Of a DNA stretch of 64,000 nt, positions 30,558-39,488 are shown in pieces; position 1 is the stretch's first letter; each line of letters starts with the position of its first letter. The stretch is from the NCBI GenBank assembly GCA_963662285.2, contig CAXXMV010000002.1, forward strand, positions 1,120,001 to 1,184,000, written 5' to 3'. This DNA comes from a bacterium. Its GTDB lineage: Bacteria > Hinthialibacterota > Hinthialibacteria > Hinthialibacterales > Hinthialibacteraceae. The notes below the pieces were generated by a model, which was not told where the DNA came from, made no database searches, and saw only the letters and a list, made by a program, of their open reading frames with translations. Made by a program: the position numbers and the translations under genes.

Positions 30558-31568
30558 TTATTCACGTCGATTAACCATTCTTACGCCGGGCGTTTTTTTG
30601 GTTATGCCGACGGTTCCCGTTTTAGCGACTTTGGGGGCTTTTTTGAATTGGATGCCCCGTGAGCGCAGTTGGTCTCCATAGGTGTTGAAGATGGCGTCTT
30701 CGAATTCTTTCAACTGGTGTAGTTGGTCGATGCAGGATTTTAAGCGGTTATCGAAATTTTTGATCTTCTCTCCCTGATCGGTTAATTCCTGCTTGAATTC
30801 GGCCAGGTTATTGGGAATTTTTTTGCGGCTGGGAGAAGGCAGACTGCCAATCGTGGTTAGGGCGTTGGTCTGAGCCAGGATGGTGTCGGCCAGTTCCGGT
30901 TCAGCGTCTTGAAAGATTTGAGCAAGGTGTTTGAGGGTGTGCCGGGTGTGGCCTTGGGCCTGGCTGAGTAGTTCCTGTTTGATTTCGAGAACTTTTTCAT
31001 GATGCCGCGAGAGTTCTAACTGACATTGAGCCAGTTCGAGCATGTCTGGCGCCAGGGCTTTTTGGGCGATGCGGATTTTATTCTGCATGTGGTCAGCCAG
31101 AGTGTGTTTGGCTTGATCGTGTTTAGTTAGAATCTTCCCGTATTCGAGGGGATCAATTTTATCATTATTGAGTTGTTCGCCATATTTATTGATCAGTATT
31201 TTGAGTTTGAAAGCGAAAACGAAGTCCGGGTGATTGCGTTTTTTATCGGCTATCTCTTTTTCGAGCCGCGCCACTTCCTGAGAGAATTGTCTGCCGGGAT
31301 CGAGCCAGTCGGACAGAATCGGGATCAATTTCTGCAAGTCGTGTCCATTGGTGCCGCGTTCGCGGATCATGTCTGCGACTAGATCGAGGCATTCACCAAG
31401 GTCCTGCCGGATGGGTTGGACGAATATTTCGGTATCGAAAGCCAGAGCATTTTCAGCGTTCTCAAGGCATTCCCGCGCTTTTTGGGATGAAAGCAGGGTG
31501 CTGAATTTGCTAAACGCTTTGTTGACGTCATCGCTATTGAATTTGCTAGCAGTGTTATATTCAGGCAT
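30558..31568 (-). CDS. Hypothetical coiled-coil protein
   Basis: 336-aa ORF with an RBS-like AGAGA; helical, charged sequence; no motif recognised. Confidence 0.7.
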   Translation of the reverse strand: MPEYNTASKFNSDDVNKAFSKFSTLLSSQKARECLENAENALAFDTEIFVQPIRQDLGECLDLVADMIRERGTNGHDLQKLIPILSDWLDPGRQFSQEVARLEKEIADKKRNHPDFVFAFKLKILINKYGEQLNNDKIDPLEYGKILTKHDQAKHTLADHMQNKIRIAQKALAPDMLELAQCQLELSRHHEKVLEIKQELLSQAQGHTRHTLKHLAQIFQDAEPELADTILAQTNALTTIGSLPSPSRKKIPNNLAEFKQELTDQGEKIKNFDNRLKSCIDQLHQLKEFEDAIFNTYGDQLRSRGIQFKKAPKVAKTGTVGITKKTPGVRMVNRRE

Positions 31569-31860
31569 ACCAATCTCTTTTATAAAAAATATGATTTTTC
31601 TTAACTATTATTATACAAACAATTTACATGATTTTTGGGATTTCGTCCATCTAAATGTTGATGGAAGAGAATGAGTTTGATTTAATTCCAAATTTGAAGC
31701 AATGATATTATTTAGAATTCTTGAATATATCGGTAATGTGTGTAGTTTAATCAAATTCTTAGAGCGTATTATTGAGTAATTGCAAATAATTATGGTTACT
31801 GGTGTATTTCTGTGATATGCTATAAATGGTCATAATTCATTTCATCTTGGGACGGGAACC

Positions 31861-32889
31861 ATGAAACAGGCTTTTGGGTTTATTCTGACGTTATTTGCTT
31901 TTTCATTGCAGGCTCAATCAATTGAAACTGTTCTGCCTTCAAATGTTGTAGACTTATCAATAAGTATATTTGATGATCGAGACTACTCTGTTTTCGGGAA
32001 GGGTGATTGCGTTAATATTTATAATTTGGAGGTGGATGGCGATAGCGTTTATAGTATGGTTGGCGTCTATTATATTTCATTTGTTGGTTTGCAAATGATT
32101 CCAGATTACTATTTTCAGCATTATAGAATATTTCAAACTGATAGAGTTACGGCTTCTCATGTGATTAATCCTACACAAATCGATTCTCCAAAAATTAGTA
32201 ATATCTCTCATGCTAAAGATTCGGCTATCGTCAACGATACTGAGATTCCACTGGAAAATTCTTATAGCCTACAATACAAGCAATTTATTGACGGTGAAAC
32301 TGTTGGTGTTGAGTACCATATTGAGAGATTGGCCATACAAAAGAAGAATCAATCAAATAACCTTATCGGTGGTTTGGTGAAATGGACTACAAGTAGTTCT
32401 GATCTGCATTATATCACGCAGGTTTATACTGCAAATTTATGGAATCTTAAAGGGAAGCATATTTGGAGTGATAAAATACGATATGCGAATATAGTTCCCG
32501 GTATTACAGAATTACGCTTTATGCATAATGAAAAATTTCTGACGTTTAATATGTCCGGCGAAGAGAGAATAGTCGATAATAATTGGTTTCTCATTCCCTT
32601 CTCATATTTAATCGAAGTGGAAACCTTTGAATTTCTGCCCGCTAACCGTGATGTGGCGTTTTCTTCGGATGAGAAATATTATGTAACCGAACGTGACGGG
32701 CTGCCGTCGCTGGTGGATGCGGAAACCCATGATGTGCTGCTGCGCTATGATCCTGGAATGATCATGACGGCATGCGGCTTCTCGCCGGATGACGCCAGAC
32801 TCTATATCGCCTGTGAAGACTTGAAGGTATATGAATTCTCCAGCCATGTTCCAGATACGGCTGTGGAGGATTGGGCGGTTTTTGAGTGA
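31861..32889 (+). CDS. Secreted beta-propeller-like protein, paralog B
   Basis: Signal peptide (LQA-QSIETVLP shared with paralog A); last 81 aa 74/81 identical to A by manual alignment; ends TAVEDWAVFE. Confidence 0.7.
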   Translation: MKQAFGFILTLFAFSLQAQSIETVLPSNVVDLSISIFDDRDYSVFGKGDCVNIYNLEVDGDSVYSMVGVYYISFVGLQMIPDYYFQHYRIFQTDRVTASHVINPTQIDSPKISNISHAKDSAIVNDTEIPLENSYSLQYKQFIDGETVGVEYHIERLAIQKKNQSNNLIGGLVKWTTSSSDLHYITQVYTANLWNLKGKHIWSDKIRYANIVPGITELRFMHNEKFLTFNMSGEERIVDNNWFLIPFSYLIEVETFEFLPANRDVAFSSDEKYYVTERDGLPSLVDAETHDVLLRYDPGMIMTACGFSPDDARLYIACEDLKVYEFSSHVPDTAVEDWAVFE

Positions 32890-32921
32890 TATGTGAGGAG
32901 TATATAAAAACGTGATTCGCA

Positions 32922-32960
32922 TCAAGGCCTGGACGCAACGCGGTCTTGCTCTTGGCGCCC
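32922..32960. repeat. TCAAGGGC-family palindromic repeat (degenerate)
   Basis: TCAAGGCCTGGACGCAACGCGGTCTTGCTCTTGGCGCCC. Confidence 0.7.
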
Positions 32961-32997
32961 GTTGTTGAAACTTGTCTATATTTAAGGGGTAAGTAAA

Positions 32998-34134
32998 ATG
33001 ATACTCAAGAAATTGGCATTATTACTTTTACTGATTTTTACTCTAAGCCCGCATTCGCAGCCCGCCGATACGCTTGCTTTTGATTCAATCAGCCGGACTA
33101 TACTGTTAAATCGGCCTTCGGGTGGATTCGGCAATATGTATTGCCATGATGATTTTGTAATCGTTACTACGAAATGGTATGTTGCAGGGGGAGGGGAGCG
33201 GGAACATTTTTATTCCGCTGGAATAAGCTTGATCGATTACTCTGATATACGTAATGGAAAAGAAGCCGCTGTATACCAATCTTCAGAGCATAGGAACAAT
33301 TATTATCCCGACGCAAATCCTATATATAATTCTCAAGCCAAGGGTAATCATGTTTATTTGACTGCTGAAAACGGACTGGAAATTGTAAATATTCAAGACC
33401 CTTATAATCCATTTTTAGAGGCGACCTATAAACCGGAAGGTTATGAAATGTATGGCGGGTATATTTATATTCGTGATAATACAGCGCTTCTGATTCCCTA
33501 CCTGGACATGAAGGCAAGTAAAATCGAATTATTAAATATAGAAGATCCAACCGCCCCGAAAAGAATTGGCATCCTAGACTTTGGATCAAACTTTATTTCA
33601 GAATTAATCTGGGACAACGATTCGTACATCTATATTTTGGGCGGCGTGGGTGATCATGATTGGGATATAACTTCCAGGGTTTTAAGCATTGTAGATGTAT
33701 TCAGCGAGGAAGCGCCAAAAATTGTAAACTCGATCTTTGCAATGAATGCAAAATCAATAGGTAAAATTGATGAGCATTTATATATAAATAACTTGATAAC
33801 TAATTATGAACCGAATAAATCAGAGATTTATGATTTATCTGATCCCGCATCGCCCATGAAAATATTTGAAACTGATTTGAACTATTATTTCAATAACATG
33901 ATTCCGTTTGATGAGTATTATGTTTCAAAAACGTGGCGTGATAAAATCGTAGTATACGAGATGGATGGATTGATCCCCAGAGAGATTTATGTGTGGAAAG
34001 GCAGAAATTCACATATGGTAGTCCGGGATCAGTATATATTTACCCTCTCTGGACCGTCATCTTCATCATCATATGCAATATATGTATACGAATTAAAAGC
34101 GCCTTCTTATGTATCTTTTTTTGATAAGTTTTGA
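32998..34134 (+). CDS. Secreted LVIVD-repeat (beta-propeller) protein
   Basis: GLEIVNIQDPYNP, IELLNIEDPTAP, LSIVDVFSEEAP and IYDLSDPASP repeats; signal peptide; ends YVSFFDKF. Confidence 0.8.
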   Translation: MILKKLALLLLLIFTLSPHSQPADTLAFDSISRTILLNRPSGGFGNMYCHDDFVIVTTKWYVAGGGEREHFYSAGISLIDYSDIRNGKEAAVYQSSEHRNNYYPDANPIYNSQAKGNHVYLTAENGLEIVNIQDPYNPFLEATYKPEGYEMYGGYIYIRDNTALLIPYLDMKASKIELLNIEDPTAPKRIGILDFGSNFISELIWDNDSYIYILGGVGDHDWDITSRVLSIVDVFSEEAPKIVNSIFAMNAKSIGKIDEHLYINNLITNYEPNKSEIYDLSDPASPMKIFETDLNYYFNNMIPFDEYYVSKTWRDKIVVYEMDGLIPREIYVWKGRNSHMVVRDQYIFTLSGPSSSSSYAIYVYELKAPSYVSFFDKF

Positions 34135-34187
34135 GTGTTTTTGATGGATCACGCTTCGCTTTGTTTAATCCTATGTAACTTTATTTA

Positions 34188-34319
34188 TTATTGAATCTCT
34201 CTCTTTATATTCTTTACAGTACACTCACTCCCCTCTGACTCCATCGCATTCAGAATATTGACTTGATGTTTCTTCTTGTGCGCGTCTATCCCTACGTACA
34301 TTGTGGTATAATCTTTCAT
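34188..34319 (-). pseudogene. N-terminal fragment (43 aa) of an IS110-family DEDD recombinase/transposase
   Basis: Manual translation MKDYTTMYVGIDAHKKKHQVNILNA...; YVGIDxHK is the IS110 RuvC-like first-Asp motif. Truncated next to a degenerate REP (34143-34175). Below the ORF-track cutoff. Confidence 0.75.
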
Positions 34320-34463
34320 GATCGGCTCTTTTTTCGCATGCGGCTTTGTGACCACTTGGTTTTAATCCGCGATCTTCTGCAGATTTCCTCTGCTTTGTTG
34401 TATCGGTATAAACCGCTACAACCTTACGATCACGGATCTGGTCGTTCCATATGGTCTACAGGG
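34320..34463 (-). ncRNA. Putative IS110 left-end structured RNA (bridge-RNA-like), possibly partial
   Basis: Non-coding stretch directly upstream of the IS110 fragment, with nested stems: 34364-34374 pairs with 34428-34438 and encloses hairpins 34379-34393 and 34397-34422. Confidence 0.4.
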
Positions 34464-35124
34464 CTATTCCGATTCATTAATTTTTGCATTACCGTATGCG
34501 ATATCTACATACTTAGTATACTGATCGTTAGGTCCATACTCTTTCAATTCTTTCATTTTATTGAGTGTTTCTTTTTGATCTCTTGAACACTCAAATTTAC
34601 CAATTTTCGATAGAGAAAAAACTGAATAGTCATTCCTCTGTTTTGTTCTTTCTTCTTCCAATGATATTTGAGCAAAAATTTTGTTAATTATCTCTTTCCT
34701 TAAAACGGCATTTGATTCATATATTTCTATGATTTTATAAGCGTTATCAAGAGCTTTCTCAACAATATGATTCAACAAGTCATCTACTTTTAATAAATTT
34801 GCATGGATGATTTGTGCTTCCGGTACTGTTCCGTCTATTTTAAGTAAATCTGATAATATGCTTGCCGCATTTGTATTTAGTACTCGTATCAAATTCAACA
34901 ACAACTCTTTTTCCTTTTTATCTTTTGCGCGAATATATAGATCAATCATCTTAAATTCATATTCTCGGTCAGAGCGTTGCTGTGAAATTTTACTTTGTTC
35001 CGTAGTCAAAGTTATAGTATTGTCTATTTGAGTTTGCGTGATTTTCCAAGTTCCCAGGATACCTATAAGGGCAACCACAATAGGCATGATGATTTTTTCG
35101 GACCATTTTTTTTTGATTATTCAT
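34464..35124 (-). CDS. AT-rich hypothetical membrane-anchored protein, 5' end frameshifted at an A9 tract
   Basis: AAGGAG RBS precedes ATG 35124, which is out of frame by 1 with the 35087..34464 ORF at the A9 run (35106-35114). One N-terminal TM. Confidence 0.55.
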
Positions 35125-35410
35125 GATTTTCTCCTTTGTGTTTTTTTGTATAAAAACTATATATATTACTAAAAAAACGCAAGTTACACTCTGATGATAC
35201 ATAAAATTGGTATATTGTATAGTCTGATTTTAAAATATACACAATTACTCTACCTTGAAGAGATACTATTCAAATATATGTTAATTTTGTTTGAGGGATT
35301 CACAATGAACTTATAGAGTCAATGGTGAACTATGTAGGTTATTTACAACCGGATGATGTTAATAAAGCTGTAAGATCATATGAAATATTCCTTTTCTCTA
35401 TAGTTTTTCG

Positions 35411-35441
35411 TCAAGGGCAGAAAGAACTGCCCTTGGCACCC
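35411..35441. repeat. TCAAGGGC-family palindromic repeat
   Basis: TCAAGGGCAG-AAAGAA-CTGCCCTTGGCACCC. Confidence 0.8.
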
Positions 35442-35530
35442 ATATTGATACCTTCATAGCCATTCATCAAAACATAACTTATGGGTAAAGATCAGCCCGG
35501 CGGGAGAGGGGAAAGTATGGTTTAAGTTTG

Positions 35531-36262
35531 TTATATCAAACTGCGGGGGACTTCGAGGCCATGCTTCAACATTAATTCTTGATTAGATAGCACCTCTTGC
35601 GCCGGGCCGTCGGTTATCAGGCGTCCTTCGTCGAAGAGTATTACGCGGGTGCAGGTTTCCAGGACGAACTCCAAATCGTGGGTGGAGATGATGCGCGTCA
35701 TTTCAAGGCTGTTGAGGATTTCGATTAACTCGCGGCGACCGCGTGGATCGAGGTCGCTGGATGGTTCGTCTAATAGCAGCACCTGGGGATTCATGGCCAG
35801 AACTCCCGCTATGGCTACGCGGCGCTTTTCTCCACCGGAAAGATGGAAGGGCAGGCGTGATTTGAAATCCATGCTTAATCCTACGCTCTCCATAGCCTGA
35901 TTAACCCGCCGGTGGGCTTCGTCTTTATCCATATCCATATTCAGAGGACCGAAAGCGATGTCCTCCAACACGCTGGCGTTGAAAAGTTGATCGTCGGACG
36001 TCTGAAATACAATGCCCAGTTTACGGTGAACCGCTTTGCGCCCTTCCGGGGTGGTCAGGTCGCATTGGGCTACTTGTAGGGCGCCTGTGAAATTGTCTAT
36101 CACTCCAGCTAATGTCAGGAAAAAGGTGGTTTTACCTGCGCCATTGGGGCCAACCAAGCCGACTCGATCCCCATGTTTGACATGCAGGCAGATATCCTTC
36201 AAGGCCTGATGTCCATCGGCGTATTGGAATGATAGGTGGTCAACTTCTATAAGGCAACTCAA
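35531..36262 (-). CDS. cbiO: Ni/Co ECF transporter ATPase (CbiO/NikO)
   Basis: GPNGAGKT, FQTSDDQLF, LSGGEKRRVAIAGVLAM, LLLDEP, THD. Confidence 0.93.
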   Translation of the reverse strand: MSCLIEVDHLSFQYADGHQALKDICLHVKHGDRVGLVGPNGAGKTTFFLTLAGVIDNFTGALQVAQCDLTTPEGRKAVHRKLGIVFQTSDDQLFNASVLEDIAFGPLNMDMDKDEAHRRVNQAMESVGLSMDFKSRLPFHLSGGEKRRVAIAGVLAMNPQVLLLDEPSSDLDPRGRRELIEILNSLEMTRIISTHDLEFVLETCTRVILFDEGRLITDGPAQEVLSNQELMLKHGLEVPRSLI

Positions 36263-36317
36263 AGGCGTCTTCTCTTTTCTATTAGTTGATGTTTTATCAT
36301 CAGTCGTTTAGTAAAAA

Positions 36318-36350
36318 GGTGGGCTACGCTTCGCTTTTAGCCCACCATAC
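36318..36350. repeat. GTAG-type REP overlapping the cbiQ stop codon
   Basis: GGTGGGCTACGCTTCGCTTTTAGCCCACCATAC, near-identical to 55271-55304. Confidence 0.75.
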
Positions 36351-37098
36351 ATGTATCCGCCAGGAGTAATAATACTGCGGTTATGATACATGCGGCGCAG
36401 ATCAGGTAATCCGATGGACGGGTTGCGAATTGGTGCAGCGTCTTCATTGATCCATTGTATCCCCGGCATTGCATGGCGCGGTATATGCGGTCAGTGCGTT
36501 CCAGGCTGCGTACCAGAGTCATTCCCACCATGTTAGCCAGGGTGTGGTAAGTGCGCCAATTCATCTGGCTGTGGAAGCCCCGCGTGGCCAGCGCCCATCG
36601 CATAGAAGTCAATTCGTTGGCCAGGGTAAATATGTAGCGATAGGTCAGCAGGGTTACCTGGATCAAAACCCGTGGAGCATAGAGCCTTTCAGCAGCGCGT
36701 AACAACAGGCTCATGGATGTTGAATAGAGCAGGGCGATTGAGGCTAACACAATGGCCAGCGCGCGAAGATATAAGGTTAAAGCGAAGATGGTTCCATCTA
36801 TACTAATGGTAATAGGACCAATCGAAACGGGATTTCCTGATGCAGTAAAAGGCAGAATGATGAAGCATGGAACCAGGAATATATGCAGGGTTCCTAAGCG
36901 GCGCATTATCAGCGAGAGCGGCAGGCGGCATAAAATGACCAACGTCGCACTGATAATCAGTGAGGCCAGGGCTACATCAGTGCGGCGCACTGCGGCCATG
37001 GTGAAGATGATGATAATCAGCGAGGCCAGTTTCCAGCGGGCGTCCCAACGGTGAATTGGGCTATCCTGTCTGGCGTAATGTTCAATCTCGGCTTTCAT
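36337..37098 (-). CDS. cbiQ: Ni/Co ECF transporter T component (CbiQ/NikQ)
   Basis: SPIHRWDARWKL, YRYIF, ATRGF, AMQCRGY. Confidence 0.92.
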   Translation of the reverse strand: MKAEIEHYARQDSPIHRWDARWKLASLIIIIFTMAAVRRTDVALASLIISATLVILCRLPLSLIMRRLGTLHIFLVPCFIILPFTASGNPVSIGPITISIDGTIFALTLYLRALAIVLASIALLYSTSMSLLLRAAERLYAPRVLIQVTLLTYRYIFTLANELTSMRWALATRGFHSQMNWRTYHTLANMVGMTLVRSLERTDRIYRAMQCRGYNGSMKTLHQFATRPSDYLICAACIITAVLLLLADTCMVG

Positions 37099-37648
37099 TA
37101 TTTTGGAGAGCCTTTTGAATTTCTTTCAGAGTTTTGTTGTTACGGTATGAAAGCCATGCAGCGGTCAGGGCTGCCAGGAATGATAATGCTATGGTGATCC
37201 GTTCCGGCGCTCCGAAGGCGTTCTTTGTGGATATCGACCGTCTTGATGAGGCGCCGGGTTGTACCGGAGCGTTAGTGGAATCAGGGCTGGCTGCGTTATT
37301 TTCGGGTTCATTAAGATTGACAGCGCTGAAGAGTTCGGTCAATTCCGCTTGAGAAATTTCGAGGGTCTTTTTGTGTCCCTCTCCGGCGTAGATGGTGATG
37401 GTAATATCCTGCATGGTTTGGGGCTGCCATGAAAAGCGTCCCTGTTTGTCGGTGGTTCCTGTGGTTAATATGGCGCCTTCACTATTGGTGATGCTTACTT
37501 CACCGTCAACCACGGCATCGTCTTTGCCTACCCACGCTTCTATCACAAGCGCGTTGTCCTGCATGTAACAGTCGATATCCATACGGTGGGCATGGGCCAG
37601 GCATGGCATAATTGCGATGATGCTGATAATTAATAGTAACTTTTTCAT
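37082..37648 (-). CDS. ECF transporter accessory protein (CbiL/NikL-like)
   Basis: Signal peptide AHA-H, GTTDKQGRF, AGEGH, C-terminal TM; located between cbiM and cbiQ. Confidence 0.75.
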   Translation of the reverse strand: MKKLLLIISIIAIMPCLAHAHRMDIDCYMQDNALVIEAWVGKDDAVVDGEVSITNSEGAILTTGTTDKQGRFSWQPQTMQDITITIYAGEGHKKTLEISQAELTELFSAVNLNEPENNAASPDSTNAPVQPGASSRRSISTKNAFGAPERITIALSFLAALTAAWLSYRNNKTLKEIQKALQNNESRD

Positions 37649-38247
37649 GATGCTCCTTTACGAACCAGCGATGGCTGCACGCGTGAAAGAAACTGGATGA
37701 CGAATCCAGTGATGATGCCTTCCATTATCATAAGAGGGATATGAGCGATAAAGACGAACTCGGCGAATCCCTTGAACTCTTCACTTGACAGCCAAAGCAC
37801 GGCGCCCAGCATTAAACCGGATAAGAAGACCGCCAAAGCGCCGCTAACGGCGCCAGACAGGAAATAATTCTTCTCGCCGCGCCGGCTGAGAATATCATAG
37901 ATCAGCCACGAGGCGAATGCCGGAAAGCCGAAGATGCAGGCGTTAACCCCGATGACTGATAATCCCCCGTGTCCGAGAGTTACTTGTAAAAAGAGACCTA
38001 CCGGGAAAGCCAGAAAAGCCCTGCGGCGCAGCAAAATTCCGGTAAGACCATTCAGCGTAAGATGAACGCTGGATGGACCGGCCGGAATATGAATCAGAGA
38101 CGCTACGAAGAAAGCGGCGGTCAGAACGGCGATCCGGGGAATCTCTTCATCGCGGACGCGATAAGCCGACCAGGCGAAAAGTCCCGCAGCAGCAGCGAAT
38201 CCGACGGCTACAGTTGATGGATCAATAACTCCGTCATGAAGATGCAT
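37645..38247 (-). CDS. cbiM: Ni/Co ECF transporter S component (CbiM/NikM)
   Basis: N-terminal MHLHDG metal site, SSVHL, GHGG..V.GVN, EGIITG. Confidence 0.92.
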   Translation of the reverse strand: MHLHDGVIDPSTVAVGFAAAAGLFAWSAYRVRDEEIPRIAVLTAAFFVASLIHIPAGPSSVHLTLNGLTGILLRRRAFLAFPVGLFLQVTLGHGGLSVIGVNACIFGFPAFASWLIYDILSRRGEKNYFLSGAVSGALAVFLSGLMLGAVLWLSSEEFKGFAEFVFIAHIPLMIMEGIITGFVIQFLSRVQPSLVRKGAS

Positions 38248-38287
38248 TGATATAGTCCTGAAAGATATTTTTATCAGTACTATTATA

Positions 38288-38314
38288 GTATTACGTTATT
38301 CAAAAAGATATGAC
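38288..38314. promoter_or_regulatory. Candidate NikR-type operator upstream of cbiM
   Basis: GTATTAC-N13-ATATGAC, the same geometry as the site at 30506-30532, 41 bp upstream of the start. Confidence 0.45.
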
Positions 38315-38328
38315 GATAGAGCGTGATA

Positions 38329-39054
38329 TTATGACCCCCCGCCCCAGTTCATTATCGCCAGGTTTAAGGCCTGTTCGATCCAGATTGAGCCTCGTGATAA
38401 GGCCGGGCGTCTGTGGCCGGGGAGAATAACGTCTGGTTGGAGTTTCGCTGCCTGCTTCAGACTATTGATATATTTGGCGCGATTGAAGTCAATGCTGCCA
38501 TCCCATCCCAAACTGCCTGATTCGGCGACTAAGTCTCCGGTGACGCATATTTTGCGGTTTCGCCATTCGAATGAATATACCAACGAACCATCCGCATGTC
38601 CTGGAGTGTGCAGCGCGTCAATCTTGAAATCGCCGATAGTTAAATGATCTTCATCCTGTAAGACGATATCCACCTCGCATTTTGGAAAAGGTTTATGATA
38701 CAGGTAGGGGCATGTTCTGGCGTCTCCAGACTCTACCGCATCGGCGCAGATGGAATGGGCGACGATTTGGATTCCCTTATTTTTCAGACAAGAGGCGCCA
38801 GCGGCATGGTCGAAATGAGGATGAGTGAGGAAGCAGTGTGATATTTTATCTGGATCAAGATTCCAGGCAATCATATTATCAAAAATCTGCTCAATCGATG
38901 CGCCATTTCCGCTATCAAATAATATGATTTTATCAGTTAGTTTCAGCGCGAAAACATTGCAATCGATATACTCGCAATCCGGGCTGTACCAATCAGTGTA
39001 AGTGAGAAAACAATCCTGGCTGCCGACAAGATAAATTTCTGGAATTATTTGCAT
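38329..39054 (-). CDS. MBL-fold metallo-hydrolase
   Basis: THPHFDHA, TPGH, TGD, LPGH. Confidence 0.92.
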   Translation of the reverse strand: MQIIPEIYLVGSQDCFLTYTDWYSPDCEYIDCNVFALKLTDKIILFDSGNGASIEQIFDNMIAWNLDPDKISHCFLTHPHFDHAAGASCLKNKGIQIVAHSICADAVESGDARTCPYLYHKPFPKCEVDIVLQDEDHLTIGDFKIDALHTPGHADGSLVYSFEWRNRKICVTGDLVAESGSLGWDGSIDFNRAKYINSLKQAAKLQPDVILPGHRRPALSRGSIWIEQALNLAIMNWGGGS

Positions 39055-39488
39055 TTTTTATTACCTTTGGTTTAGATAAAAGAATGCTGTTTCTTAATAT
39101 AAAACTATGGGATGCGTTGTTTTTAATCAAAAAACATTGTTTCGAAATAAGAGAGATAAGTCTAGAGCAATTTGTCAATTAGTATGGTGAAACTCCATCA
39201 TTAAAGTATTCAAAATAAAGAGTTTTCAATAAATGTATCGATTTAATATTTATTGGCTTCATTTAATCGGTGTTCTTATTTATGGAACAATTTGCAGGAT
39301 TGCAGCGACCAATGATACTTATATATAATATCTGGAATCCTTGACCTTTGAGTATTTATTGGTCTAATTAAACACCACGAGAAGTCGATTTAGGCAGAAA
39401 TTGTATTTCTCCTTCCTGAATTATAATAATTTTTTTGATATGCATTGATGAAATTTATTAGAGCGGAAAAACATAAGCGTTTAATAAT

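Noticed and set aside
29220-32889. Paralog 3' ends as a DGR template/variable repeat pair
   Set aside because: Differences are mostly synonymous third-position changes and not adenine-specific, both copies are coding, and no reverse transcriptase is present.
28400-35460. Integron cassette array
   Set aside because: The repeats lack the RYYYAAC...GTTRRRY attC ends, genes are in mixed orientation, and no IntI is present in the window.
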